DNA of 64,000 nucleotides from Perna viridis (lineage: Eukaryota), in the NCBI GenBank assembly GCA_037379345.1, contig CM074513.1:40420885-40484884 (forward strand), read 5' to 3'. Below are positions 9,701-21,797 of the stretch, piece after piece. How positions within the stretch are numbered: position 1 is the first letter of the stretch; each line of letters opens with the position of its first letter. The notes beneath the pieces were generated by a model. It was given only the letters and a program-made list of their open reading frames with translations. It was not told where the DNA came from and ran no database searches. Both the position numbers and the translations under genes were made by a program.

Positions 9701-12634
9701 TTAAACGAACGCTTACTTCAAGGTCCTAATCTTACGAACAGTCTCGTTGGAACATTGATTAGATTTCGGCAAGATGACATTGCAATAATGGGTGACATTG
9801 ATTCCATGTTCCATCAAGTGCGCGTGCCTACTGAAGATGGAAATTACTTAAGATTCCTATGGTGGAAAGATGGACACACTAACTCGAAACCGATCGAGTA
9901 TCAAATGAACGTTCACCTTTTTGGTGCCACGTCGTCACCGAGCTGTGTCAATTATGCGCTCAGACAAACTGCAGAAGAAGGCAGAGGTCATTTCAATGAT
10001 AAAGTGATAGATACGGTATTGAGAAACTTTTACGTGGACGATTGTCTTAAATCGGTGGAAATAGTTGACGGTGCTATTACGTTAGTTCAGGATTTACAAG
10101 CGCTTCTTCGGAGAGGTGGATTCAGGATAGCTAAATGGATTAGCAGTAGTCGAGATGTGATGCGATCGATACCGATATCAGATAGAGCCAAAGAAGTGAA
10201 GGACATTGATTTAGATCAAGAGATTTTGCCGATCGACAGAGCGTTAGGCGTTCAATGGTGTGTTGAAACCGATACTTTTCAGTTTAAGATATCTCTTCAA
10301 GACAAACCGAAAACCAGACGAGGAATCTTATCAATGGTCAGTAGTGTGTACGATCCGTTGGGATTTTTGACTCCGCTTACTTTGAGACCAAAAATTATTC
10401 TTCAGGAACTATGTAAGTTGAGATTGGCATGGGACGATCCGGTACCCGACGTACTATTACAGAACTGGGAGATTTGGTACAACGATTTGTCGAGACTTTC
10501 TAGCTTCAGTGTGCCTCGTTGCTTCAAACCACCCGATTTCGGAAACGTGTTATCTGCTCATCTTTACCATTTGGCCGATGCCAGCGAATCGGGTTACGGT
10601 GTATTAAGTTATCTCAGACTTGAAAATGTCGACCACGAAATTCACTGTTCATTCGTAATGGGCAAGGCTAGAGTTACGCCATTGAAACAAGTTACTATTC
10701 CCCGGTTGGAACTTACGGCAGCGACGGTCGCTGTTAGGACTAACAAGATGATTATAAGTGAACTCGAAATTCCGATAGACCATTCGTATTTCTGGACTGA
10801 TAGTATGTCCGTTCTTCGGTATATCAACAACACAACCGCTAGATTTCAAACATTCGTAGCGAATAGACTTTCAGTTATTCACGAGGGATCGAATGTTAGT
10901 GATTGGAGGTACATTAATACGAAGATGAATCCTGCAGACATATCGTCTCGAGGTGCATCTGCTAACGATTTGCTAGAAAAACATTGGATCGATGCACCGG
11001 CGTTCTTGAATCGGCATCCGGATGAATGGCCTAGTCTACCTACAGAAGATCTCGGGAACATCGACACGGAAGATCGAGAAATAAAGCGTGCGAAAGTTGC
11101 TACAGTTGTGTTAAGACTAAACAACACAAACATTGACATTATGTTAAAACTTTTCGAGCATTATTCCTCATGGTATAAGTTAAAACGTGCCGTAGCTTGG
11201 ATAATAAAAGTGAAAGAGCAATTACTGAAGCGTGTGCGTAAACTACAGACAAGAGCAGATCACAGGATTAGGCATAAACTGACTTTAAAAGATCTTGAAG
11301 AATCCGAAAACACTATTATAAGTATTGTGCAGCAAGAAGCATTCCGAAAGGAAATTGGTGCTTTGAAGTCAGGAAATCCGAAAATTCACAAGGACAGTCG
11401 CATAAGAACTCTTGATCCTTTTCTTGATGGAAATTTATTGCGTGTCGGAGGACGCTTACATTCTTCAAGCTTACCAGAAAACAGTAAACATCCAGTTATA
11501 CTGCCAAAGAACAATCACGTGTCGAATTTGATACTTCATCATTTTCATATTCTTTTGAAACACAGTGGTCGTAATCATATGTTGTCAGCGTTGAGGCAAA
11601 GATACTGGATAATTAGTGCTCCTTCCGCCATCAGAAAGATAATTTCCAAGTGCGTAAATTGTCGTCGTGTAAGTGCTAAAGTTGGAGAGCAAAAAATGGC
11701 AGAATTGCCAGAAGATCGTGTGTTACCAGACGATCCGCCTTTTACTAGAGTCGGTGTGGATTATTTTGGACCTTTTGATGTTAAACAACGCAGATCTAGA
11801 GTTAAACGTCACGGAGTGATATTTACGTGTTTGGCCAGTCGGGCAGTTCATTTGGAAATCGCTTCATCATTGGACACTGATTCGTATATTAACGTTCTAA
11901 GACGATTCGTTTCTCGACGAGGACAAGTTTCACTCATAAGATCTGACAACGGAACTAATTTCATTGGTGCGGAACGGGAAATGAAACAAGCTATTGACGA
12001 ATGGAATTTACATCAGATTGAAAGTTCGATGCTTCAAAACAGTGTTGAATGGAAATTCAACCTTCCTAGTGGTTCCCATTTCGGAGGTATTTGGGAAAGG
12101 TTGATTCGTAGTATCAGGAGAGTAATTTCAAGTGTGATCAAGGAACAAGTTCTAGACGATGACGGTCTACATACACTGATGTGTGAAGTGGAAGCTATAC
12201 TGAATAGCAGACCTATTACTATGAACTCTGACAATCCGAACGATTTAGAAGCATTAACGCCAAACCATTTGCTTCTGATGAAATGCAAGCCGGTTCTTCC
12301 TCCTGGATTATTTTCTACGACTGACAATTACTGCAGACGTAGGTGGCGTCAAATTCAGTACATGTCCAATTTATTCTGGAGTCGATGGTTATGTGAATAC
12401 CTACCAATTCTTCAAGAACGGCAAAAATGGAACAATGTTAAGAGAAATTTACACGTTGGAGATGTAGTTCTAGTAGTTGATTCGAACTCTCCAAGAAATT
12501 CTTGGCCTATGGGACTTGTACATGCATTGATTCCTGATCGTAATGGACTAGTTCGTCAAGTCAAAGTTAAGATTGGTTCAACCATACTTACCCGTCCGAT
12601 TGACAAACTGTGTACAATTTTAGAGTTAGACTAG
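6725..12634 (+). CDS. BEL/Pao Gag-Pol polyprotein (Gag, 3 zinc knuckles, protease, RT, RNase H, integrase), about 1969 aa
   Basis: Gag KFDGNP. Knuckles CVYC..H..C, CFGC..H..C, CSVC..H..H. Protease LDCGS. RT FYVDD. RNase H ADAS/RLEL/WTDS. Integrase HHCC, VDYFGP, SDNGTNF, WERLIR. Domain order PR-RT-RH-IN. First ATG is at 6725; the ORF track starts at an upstream GTG. Confidence 0.96.
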   Translation: MDDNTEDLVEASRERKLTEKGLMYSMSLYRNQRTRLIKSLTILSGELERLISQPGDVDLVRPVYSKWIGIYEELLETHDKYQAIFTDLNDKQVDNASFQDKNRVFLSTNQSAKDWFILNKAKTISPQHIVQDDQRSHRSGSVRSHRSSGARSHRSARSSNASHISKAKLMEEQRKVELLARAEALSEKKQLEEAKLKLKIQEEELEIKTELKVSDAKSKVIEELEKSMRDDDLLEFKLNRHENLTEVSYNQKPRQSEATRMKTYVQEETSRLNPQASEWIPSKCTPRVKNYDLVNRNTPVVPSESISIVRELNKPQIDIQKFDGNPMLFNGFKRQFQARIESNTASYDERLTYLLQFTLGEPHRIVKGFSHLDAETGYTASMNELQDRYGEPDVIANSFVRKALDWPVVKQDNPKALDDFSIFLTECLYAVQNVDEVRVLEYSDNMKTLVRKLPFNLQDKWRNIVYETKSQRRTLLFSQLVDFVKREAKKANDPIYGKDVMRTPSSVKKIQESKSSSYGNRKTLATSVESNSQNDRNDSTDSKPNAFSKPCVYCGNSSHSLKMCDKITSKSLKDRYDFFKSKGFCFGCLKYGHQKVVCSQKATCSVCKKGHPSILHVDSRKQKVNETCNDNSVRDVTSSATSTGAGDVVQQALPILPVRIKCAKSDKFVETYAFLDCGSTATFCSETIMRELNVEGKKTKLGLLTMTQTETDVKDCYVVSGLEISDLNGNNVISLPTIFSQEKLPVTSSDIVSVSDISNWPHLRDIPLQRISNDHVGLLIGVNVPRAMEPWSVVPCANGGPFAVETVLGWVINGPLNVSRDENTSCNFVRANRISASVVSENRIDVSLEDQIRNQFDFDFCERTIDDVNSPSVEDRKFLDNVSRSITLENGHYIIDLPFRSNENAMPNNRRQAEQRLMLLGKRFEKDKHFQDEYVTFMKKVLGEGYASEVSSEDLLKDDGHVWYLPHHGVYHPRKNKIRVVFDCAARFQGTSLNERLLQGPNLTNSLVGTLIRFRQDDIAIMGDIDSMFHQVRVPTEDGNYLRFLWWKDGHTNSKPIEYQMNVHLFGATSSPSCVNYALRQTAEEGRGHFNDKVIDTVLRNFYVDDCLKSVEIVDGAITLVQDLQALLRRGGFRIAKWISSSRDVMRSIPISDRAKEVKDIDLDQEILPIDRALGVQWCVETDTFQFKISLQDKPKTRRGILSMVSSVYDPLGFLTPLTLRPKIILQELCKLRLAWDDPVPDVLLQNWEIWYNDLSRLSSFSVPRCFKPPDFGNVLSAHLYHLADASESGYGVLSYLRLENVDHEIHCSFVMGKARVTPLKQVTIPRLELTAATVAVRTNKMIISELEIPIDHSYFWTDSMSVLRYINNTTARFQTFVANRLSVIHEGSNVSDWRYINTKMNPADISSRGASANDLLEKHWIDAPAFLNRHPDEWPSLPTEDLGNIDTEDREIKRAKVATVVLRLNNTNIDIMLKLFEHYSSWYKLKRAVAWIIKVKEQLLKRVRKLQTRADHRIRHKLTLKDLEESENTIISIVQQEAFRKEIGALKSGNPKIHKDSRIRTLDPFLDGNLLRVGGRLHSSSLPENSKHPVILPKNNHVSNLILHHFHILLKHSGRNHMLSALRQRYWIISAPSAIRKIISKCVNCRRVSAKVGEQKMAELPEDRVLPDDPPFTRVGVDYFGPFDVKQRRSRVKRHGVIFTCLASRAVHLEIASSLDTDSYINVLRRFVSRRGQVSLIRSDNGTNFIGAEREMKQAIDEWNLHQIESSMLQNSVEWKFNLPSGSHFGGIWERLIRSIRRVISSVIKEQVLDDDGLHTLMCEVEAILNSRPITMNSDNPNDLEALTPNHLLLMKCKPVLPPGLFSTTDNYCRRRWRQIQYMSNLFWSRWLCEYLPILQERQKWNNVKRNLHVGDVVLVVDSNSPRNSWPMGLVHALIPDRNGLVRQVKVKIGSTILTRPIDKLCTILELD

Positions 12635-12809
12635 TTTAGGGTATTATGTATACTTACCTAGTAGGGACATTTTGAGATATGTTTCATTTGTTATTTTGAC
12701 ATTTTCACTTTGATTATTTTGTGAGGGTATTTCTTGTATTTTTTTTATGGTTTATATTTTTTTGTTTTATTGTAATTGCTCGCTATGCTTCACAATTAAG
12801 GGGCTGGTA

Positions 12810-13489
12810 TGTAGAATTCATTTCCACCGTTAAACCAAATATCATTAATCATCATTTTCGATTATCACTTTTCCATCCAGTGTTATTGTTTACTATTTCG
12901 AGTACTTCCGTTGTAATTTCACGATTGTTTTTCTGTGTTGATTTGGTGGAAATATTATTAATTTGGTGAGTTTTTTACTTTATCTTTGTATAAATATACT
13001 TCCGATGGTTAATTACATACATTTTGATAATTAGATATAATTTTTGTAGGTTTATTGACTTTAATTTTAATGTTAGGCAGATTGATTTTCGAGTGCACCG
13101 CAATTTTTCACTGTATGTTGGGTGCCGATCGATAAATTATTTTCTCAGTGAAGCTTAATAGCGATTTAATTAATTAAATCTTAATTAAGTTCTTTTTACA
13201 TATTGTATTTTCATGCTTTTGTGTCATTTTCTATTGATTTTCTATTGATATTGTATTACTATTGTGTTTGTATTTTTTGTTTTGATTGGTTATTTTCTTG
13301 GTTGACGACATAGGTACATTGTATTTCGTTTTTCTATTTTCAGTAAATCGTCAACATCGTCAACATCATCTATATTTTTGTTCAGCTAATGAAATGTACT
13401 CTCTGGAATCTCTGGACTCTCTGGTTGTTGTCATTAAAGATGTTACGCATTTACTTATATATTTCCACGCCCATTTGCTAGCCAACACA
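12810..13489 (+). repeat. 3' LTR (680 bp)
   Basis: Direct repeat of 6004-6692, followed by TSD TACTG. Confidence 0.96.
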
Positions 13490-14885
13490 TACTGTGTACT
13501 GCATATACTGATATTACGTCCGCAAATGTGTATGATTAGGTTTTGTGACATTCAGTATCAGGATTAAAGTGTTTTGTTCCTACTTAAGAAAACGCATTCG
13601 CTGTTCATTTCTAGGTTAATTTGAAAGTAATCCTTTATAATGTAACTTCCCACGTAAATACGTTTAATAATGTCAATGTCATGGTAAACTATGATTTCTG
13701 TTTTTGGAAGTGATAACATGCACTTATATTCTTGTTTTTTTTCCCTTCTTGATAAGTTAGTTTTAAACTTTGGTGATAGTTATTGATAACATATATTCTT
13801 TTTAATACACCAATTTCTGAAACAAAAAACAATAACTAACTACATGTAATAACAAATGTTCACAAAGAAATAACTTTTTTGTTGGTTTTTCTACTTAAAA
13901 GTCGTGTAAAACAGAAATACCAGATAACATAAGGAACAATATTAAAACACTGCAACATTAAAAGTCAACGAACACTGCAGAGAGAACTGAGTGAAGAGTT
14001 TCTTCAGTGGCGCATGCTTATAATAACAGTAAGTTTGGATTAATTGTCTCATTCAATTTCATTTTTAGATAATGAAAAAATACAATAACATAAATGACAC
14101 AATGTCCATGTACTTCTGTAGCTTGTGTCAGTAAGCAACGTAAATACATTAATTTGATGCTCTATAAATGATTCTGAACACAATGGTAAACTACAGGGAT
14201 TGGGCGCACTATTGTCTGTCAAAAACGAAGATCATATCATTATTCTTTATTGCGGAATAAACCATTGGCATGAAGGTAAACCCTCTACTAAATTATAAAC
14301 CAATGCCATTGACATGAAGGTAAATACATCAACTAGTAAATTATAAACCAATATGTTTAGATAAAAACTCGAAAGACGGATCCTGTGAAAACTATGAAAT
14401 ATGCCAACAAAACACAGATACCACAACATTTATGTATATATATTAAAAGTCTGATGAAAAAAAAAGTATACGAGTCGTGATAAGGACGAGTCTTCCAAAA
14501 AGTTCCACTTCCTACGTATTTGGTTATTATGCAATATTTATGTGATGGGTATTTTTTAATTTAGAATCCAATGGGACAGGACCATAGGCCCACGAAGGTA
14601 TTCATCAACCCAGTAGTCAGATTTGTCAGAACGTGACCTATTTAATTATCATGTACAAGTATTATTTACCGAAATGCGCGGTATCTTAAAATTCGAAACA
14701 CCTAACACAGTGAGCTTTCGTTTCCTGTATTAAACATGAGGTAACAATAATGTAGCTCATTTGATACACTCTGGTAGAACTTGTCGGTGCTGGTTTTGGC
14801 TTCATTTACGGCGTATTTGGTTTTGAGTACTTCTTGTATACAATTTACTATTTCGAATCTTGAACTTCCTACGTACTTGGTTTTA

Positions 14886-14928
14886 ATGCTACTGATGAGT
14901 GGTTACTCCTGAAACAAGTATACAGCAT
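14886..14928 (+). ncRNA. Degenerate type I hammerhead ribozyme (retrozyme/Penelope-like repeat relic)
   Basis: ATGCTA CTGATGA GTGG TTACT CCT GAAAC AAGT ATA CAGCAT aligns with the intact copy at 63837-63880(-), and flanking homology extends at least 60 nt upstream. Stems are mutated. Confidence 0.6.
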
Positions 14929-16524
14929 GTATCCAAATATGTTTATGTATTTGTGGTATTTTTTAATTTAACCAAATTTGCTAAAGATGGTATAAAATTT
15001 CAAATCATCCAAGTGTGAGGTTTTTAAGTTCCTATAAACAAAAATTAATGGCCCCTAAATATTGAACAAAACTTTGAATTAAAAAAAGAAATATACGTAA
15101 TGGAACTACTCGTACTGAAAAAAAGACCAAAGCAACAAAACATTTGAAGGACAACACTGAAAGATAACCGGAACCGGAAGGATGACTAATAATGGATTAT
15201 AAGGAACACTTTCATATGGAAAATTGTCAGGAATAACTTCGTAAATGTCAATTACGACAATGGCAACAGCAGAGTATCAAAGTTGAACAAAATTGAACTT
15301 GGTTGTGCATGTATGGATTTTAAAAGTACGTGCAATTTCTTCCGTAGATCATTCGACAGTTCAATTATTTGTTATAGCCAAAGAGATATGTCAATAAGTA
15401 CATATATATTTTGCCACAACAAACATACCTTTTTTTTCTATACCGCTTGTAGAACAAGGATAATGTTCATGTTCTTTTCAAATAATTAAGGGTTTGTTTG
15501 ATTCAGAACTGTAGTATGACATTTCCAATTTAGGTCATCATGTCGATGATAACAACTTGAAAACACACGAATACTTAAGTTCGGTAACACGCCAATACTA
15601 AACTTGCACAAAAGAATTGAATATGTAATACAGGCTTTTTGTCACATCTTGAATAGATTTTATACGTGTATAATCACTATTCTATGCTTTGTTATGCCTA
15701 TAGTTAACACATCTTATCGCCATTTTTGTACAATTTTAAAATAATTAATTACTGACTGTCGTGTCTGCTTAAAGTAATTGGATTTCTACGCAACGAAGAT
15801 TATATCACCTACTCATTTATTTCTATGTTTAAGAGTTAAGTATAAGACATTGTAAGTGCTTAACATTAAACCGTTTTAAACCTTATGCCTTAGGTAAAAA
15901 AGACAATATGATCTACTTAACTGTAATGATACACACAGTATACAGTTGTTTTGAATGAATGAACCGGGCAGACATAAAATTAAGGGTTCAATGTTTTGAA
16001 AATGCTTTATACTTTCAGGGACTAATAAACTTGTCTATCGTCTACACGTAGGTATAAAACTCACCAAAGACTAATTCGTATAAAAAAGCAAAAGTATCCC
16101 CTAATGCATTATTTTAAAAAAGTATAAAATAAGCAATAGGTCGCCATTCGTATTTTTTTCTATCTTTGACCAGCTTTTCCAATGTTTCAGGGGTTTGGGG
16201 TCAAACGAAGCATTAATTTCTGCACCTATTGTTCAGTCAATTCATTTTCTTTTTTTCTTCTTGATGCCAATGGTATATGCTAATGTCATATGATACATTT
16301 TTACCATTTCTTATAACAGTAATTTTCACCTAGACCTTTAGGGTCTGATATACATGTTTTCAATCATGCAACGTTTCAACAGATTTTTGTTTAACAGAAC
16401 ACACTGAAAATTTATGTCGTGATGCCCGATAATATGTTCTCTAAGAACAAAGAAGTGTTGATATGACACAATTTAGGATGTAGATAAAGTCGACAAATAG
16501 TATCACACCTTATGTCATGTCTTA

Positions 16525-16680
16525 TTTTATATACCCCGCTTTGCTTTCTATATAGTGATTATGATGTCCGGACGTCCGTCAAGTATTTTTTCGTTGCAAT
16601 TTTCTCGTCAACTATTTAACATAGTCACTTGATATTCTGCCAGAAGCTTCGTAGGATTCAGACTGAGGGGACACCAACGT
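16525..16680 (+). repeat. Degenerate Helitron/HINE-like repeat
   Basis: TTTTATATACCCCG start followed by GTCC-type micro-repeats (GTCCGGACGTCCGTC). Confidence 0.35.
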
Positions 16681-17546
16681 CCTCTTTAACCACTTGGTTT
16701 ATATTTTTACCATACGGCAATTGGGGTAGGGTTTGCTCGGGGTTTCTAGTTTTAAATTGTATCAATCAAATGGTGACAAACTACATGAAAACAACTGTAA
16801 TGGAACTTCTTGTTTTATTCAGAAATTACCATGCTGCAGCATTACAAAGATTGTTTCAAACAAACATTAGTCATAGTATTGCATTTTTAAAGCGTTATCC
16901 ACTTGGCGTATGATAATACATACATAATTTATGACGACGAAACGATGATTATAAAGATCAGTATTGGAATGTACATTTGATTTATTTACTTTATTTCCAG
17001 AGATTTGTAAGTACGATTTAAGTGACAAATAGTTCTTGAATAGATAATTCATAAGATATAACAAGAAAAGCCTAAAAAAAAGGATCCCAAACTAACCATT
17101 GAAGCTATCTTATTTATCTGATTTTTCAACTATTAAACCATTGCCAAACAAACTGGTATTTAATCAAATCATTCAGATCCGTCGGATTTCAAGAATTGTA
17201 TGGATACACACACAATTCAGTTCTTACACCCGATGGCTCTTCATCGAACTGTTCAGGAATTTCGTCAGTAACACGACGTGAACACGGGAAATCATGACAA
17301 ACTCGATTTGTACCATATCATAATCAAGTGCTGATACCAATTTACTTAAAATTTTAAAATCATATTAAAATATATCTTTTTTACTTTCAACAACACAAAA
17401 ACTTTTTCAACAGAAATAACCAAATAAGAGGAGGACACGGAAACTTGATAATCCTATCCCACACTCGATTTATTTCCCTTAACTCTTTCAATCTACTTTA
17501 TTTTTTGTCTAGCATTTACTATGTCCTCCCCTTATATAAATAAAAA

Positions 17547-17854
17547 TCATTCAGTCAGTTTGTGCCACTCGGCAATTTGTTTCCTCGGGCAATTCATGAC
17601 CTCATTCCAGTGGTGAACTTCTTGTCCATCGGCCTTTGTTCCTATTTCGAGACGACCTACCACCTCGTTCTTTGTCATCCTATCCCAATCAAGAACCAGG
17701 AATTCCAAGCTTATGTTCTGTAGTCCTTCATTATATGGGACGTCGAATAAGAATGATTCGTTATACACGGGGTTGAGTGTTCGCTTCTTGACGTGTGTCT
17801 TCTTTTTAGCGATTCTTTGGTTATTGTAAAGTAGATATACCTTGATGTAGGGAT
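17547..17854 (-). CDS. SYT4: Synaptotagmin-4/11 orthologue, last coding exon (C2B C-terminal part)
   Basis: Acceptor tttttcag. Reads [58 protein letters not shown], then TGA. Phase joins the upstream exon. Confidence 0.93.
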
Positions 17855-20104
17855 CTGAAAAATAAAGAATATTCATTCACTTTTGTTCTCGAAACTAATC
17901 TCTTCCATATATATAATCACTTCCTGAATTTTTCGCATATAATCTCTGCTATAGAGGATATAAAAAAAAGTCACAGGGTATGAACACCACTTATTACAAA
18001 TCCACAAAGCTGTGTACGGTGATCTATACAAATTCACATAAACAAACGGGTTTCAAGCTCTGCGCATAGGTTTAAAGCTTTGAAATGGCGAATTTGCCCT
18101 CTGCACTGGAAATTGTTACAAAACATTATGTAATTTAACAGAAACAATATTTTCAAGTATAATTTCATAAGAAATTTACAAAAAATGCTTATAAGTAAAT
18201 TACAAAAAGGTTATTTTACTCTATTTCAAGTAGTGTGTTATCAACTTTTTTTATTCGGCACATACAATTTTCATTGTTGGGGTTATTATACTTCATAATA
18301 ATTGACTAACAATTAATATTATTTTAACATTAAAATAGTAACTGTCTGTAAAGTGATTCATAACCATCCATTTTTTTAACATTTCTTGAAACATGACCTT
18401 CAAAATTGCCATATAACCATCTTAGTATTATCATTTTCAGTTTGATTTTTTATGATAGTCTTTGGCGTATTTGGAGGTTAATTTTTTTCGTCTTGGGTCT
18501 TGTTTCCATTATCTTATTCGATATTATTTTATCATCCCCGCCAGATAACTAAACTTTTCAACATTTGCTTCCACGATTCATCTGAATAGTGTCAAGGGGT
18601 TCTAAGAAATATTAACAATTATCAGATATGTTTTATCGATTAAACTCCAAACTAATCAACCTATAAAACTACGTAGACATACATGTATTGTATTGTTGTT
18701 TACATGTAATTGACAAGAGTTGTCTTTTCACCTCCACTGAATTGGGGCTGTATGTCTCACTCACCAATTACCATAAAAAAATCAATACTTGCCCTCTCAT
18801 CTTAGTTTGATAACCTTAGTGATTTTGGGTTAAAATGATCCCCAGAATGATGACCGAGTACTTTGGTTAAATAAAGCATGTATCAATATAAACGTCTGAA
18901 CTATTCTTTCGCTAATTGAACATGGCAATATGGTACAGGTATTCTCTTGCGTATTATAACTATAATCGGCTATATATCATAAGTATTTTGCTTGTTTTAC
19001 CCTTTTATCACCTTTGATTTTCATTTAAAAAAATGAAATTTTAAAAAAATGTCAAATAACTTTCATGTAGCAGTTAATTAGGCTGGACAAAACAAACATT
19101 TAACACACGACAATACAAGGCCTCACGACGAAGAAAAGATATTATGTTAAACCCAGTAATCTATGTATGAGACTTCAATCAGTTTGAATATAATTTGTAT
19201 TCCTTCCGTAACAGCTATAGTAGACATCTAAGTCCTATTGATTGGCATTGTAACAAGAATTTATGTCTTGTGTTAATCTTGTCTGAATCACAGGATCAGT
19301 ATTGATTACTTTGTGTTCCATTACAGAAACATGCAACATCACAATTTTCCAACGTTTCAATTACGAACAAGAACATATCAAATATTTATTCGTTATTATT
19401 TTCAACACTAAAGAAAGGTCTTATGACAAATTCATTTTTGGGAATTCAAGATTCTAGTCATCTGTTATCACTTCCAGTTCATTATAAACTGATATTTTAA
19501 TAAACTCACTTAAAGTAAGGGAATTAATTCGTAACTTTACGATGATTTCAATGTTCTCTACAAAACAATATCCTCTTTTAGTCCATTAATTCAATTTTCT
19601 TATGATATTTTGAAGCATTAGTGTTATATCAATATGGTAAGAATAATACCCAACAGAAATTTGAATTCGTGTTTTGTCTACAGTAATAAAAAGGAAGATA
19701 AACACAACCCCAGAGATTTTTGGTGTATGGCGTAATTGTGTTGTTCTGCAGTTGCTTTACCTAGAATTCTGCTAAGTCAGGTTTTTGTATATTTTATAGT
19801 ATTTTTTTTTTAATCCGAGATTCCTAATGTGTCAAGGTTTTGCATTTATTTGATCGTATCCGAGAGTTTTGTTATTTCGGATTTTTTGGTATATTGTTTA
19901 AATTTGTTTATCTGAGAGTCATGTCATGCCATGTATTTATATTTTCTATAGTAGTTACTTATTTGAGAGCCCTATAATTTTTTGTATATTTTGTCCTATT
20001 TGTTACCGTAAGAGAGTCAGATTTATTTTGCATATTTGATAGTAGAAGTTTATTTGAGAGTCCTTTTATTTTTGATGTTTGTATTTTTGATGGTTGTTTT
20101 TTAC

Positions 20105-20228
20105 CTGAGAGTCCTGTTATGTCCATTTTTGGTAAATTTCTGGCTTTAAGGACCACTACAGTTAGTCTGTTGGCAGCTGGCTGGTAGCACAGTGATATCA
20201 AGATCTCTCCTCTCCCCTGAGATTTCAG
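20105..20228 (-). CDS. SYT4: Synaptotagmin-4/11 orthologue, internal exon (C2B start)
   Basis: ttttacag / GTAA boundaries. Reads [41 protein letters not shown]; 124 nt, phases 0/1. Confidence 0.93.
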
Positions 20229-20355
20229 CTGTAAAATACAGATGAAAACAAATCTGATCAAAGAATTAGTTCTGTTATACCATATTTTAAACTTGTATAT
20301 CACAAGCTGATATTCACGTTAAATTAATTATTCTGAAAAAGAAAATTGGGGAAAA

Positions 20356-20420
20356 AAACAAACAAAACAAACAAACAAACAAAACAAAACAAAACAAAAC
20401 AAAACAAAACAAAATAAAAC
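20356..20420. repeat. (AAAAC)n/(AAAC)n microsatellite
   Basis: Direct inspection. Confidence 0.9.
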
Positions 20421-20764
20421 TCATTACTCTGAAAAAGTTATCCATGTATCCCACTGAGTACGATTTTGACTTCAAAAGCATGGCGTTTGTCTTTGAAATC
20501 AGAGTTTACATCATCTCAAAAAGTGTCATTGAAAATTTGATACGACAGATCACTTCTTAAAACACGTGTACACCATACCGACACTTACAATATCTATACG
20601 ATTGGTATTTTTGTAATTGAAAATGAGTAAAAAACATCATAAAGTCTCATAAAGTTTCATGCGTAATTTCATACCTAATGCAAAAACATTCCGATACACA
20701 AACTAACGAATGTGAAGTAACAGACCAAATATAAAAGTAATTTATCCAAGCCATGCAAAATGAA

Positions 20765-21010
20765 TGTTAAAGAGTAAAGAAGGGAACCAAGGTTATAGCA
20801 GTAATCAAAAGAATGTAATCCAGGGACAAAACCAGACATGGAAAACAGACATACACAACAAAGAACATAAAGTAACTAAAATCACACATACAAAGTAACA
20901 AAAGTAAATGAGCAACTCGGACTCCACTAAAAACTGGGAGCATGGACCACAGGACGTAGGATAAGCGTCTTCTGCTTTTCTAGAAACACCCGCCAAGTTG
21001 CTCATAAAAT
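20765..21010 (-). mobile_element. Non-autonomous Helitron/HINE-like interspersed repeat
   Basis: Homologous to 54683-54872, 60440-60594, 62073-62227 and 33836-33887. Carries the internal inverted repeat ATGAGCAACT..AGTTGCTCAT. Confidence 0.65.
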
Positions 21011-21533
21011 GTCAAGTCCGGCGTAGACAAACGAGGAAAGGAAAACTCGTTTTCTTTTGCTTTAAGCCTTAGCTGCTAAAATTGGATACATTTCTTTATT
21101 TCGACCATACACATGTATTAACTTCTTCTGATTCAGGGCGTGATTGCTAAATGACCTAAAGATATTATGATATACCAAAATAGGTTTTAATTACAAAGAA
21201 ATGCTTATGGTTAATGGTTTTATCAAGTTTCGATTTATTCCATTCCAATAATAATTGCAGGGACGGCGCTCCAAAGAGAAAATCAATTCGTAATAGAAAT
21301 ATAAGTAATGTGTTTCTAATTCTCAGGCAGACACAAATTTAATGCAAATTACAGTGAAGAAAACTCAGTTAGATTATTTTTTATACCGACAAACTACATA
21401 AAAGTCAAATAGATTATTTACTTCCTAAAGCCCAAATAGTACACCAAATTGTTCCATCAAGTTTTCTCAGCTTTTTATCGATAAAACCAAAATATAAAGA
21501 AATAATCACTGCGATTCGTCCGGACAATAATGA

Positions 21534-21797
21534 CAGGCGCGTAGCTGAGGCCAAATTGAAGTGTAGGCAAAATTACGGCAGGGGGTCTGGGGCCGCTTTA
21601 GGCCCCCAGCAGGTCCAGGGCGGAGCCCTGGTAGGGAGTCCAGGGGGTCAACCCCCCATCCCCCGAAGCTCCGCGGAGATAGCGTTTTAGAGCATCATTT
21701 ATGCATCTCCTGGATATATTTTATATTTTTATAAAAAAAAATTGGCAAAATTAAGTGCAGGCAAAAGCTTTTTTGCCTCACGGCAGCTACGCACCTG
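21534..21797. mobile_element. MITE (non-autonomous TIR element)
   Basis: TIRs CAGGCGCGTAGCTG / CAGCTACGCACCTG (1 mismatch in 14). Flanking AATGA duplication at 21529-21533 and 21798-21802. GC-rich interior. Confidence 0.8.

Larger units (their letters stand above)
6004..13489 (+). mobile_element. Full-length BEL/Pao LTR retrotransposon
   Basis: TG...CA LTRs at 6004-6692 and 12810-13489. 5-bp TSD TACTG at 5999-6003 and 13490-13494. Purine-rich tract AAGGGGCTGG just before the 3' LTR. Single uninterrupted gag-pol ORF. Confidence 0.97.

Noticed and set aside
14451-14500. Another CTGATGA box
   Set aside because: No GAAA box or closing stems at the appropriate spacing.
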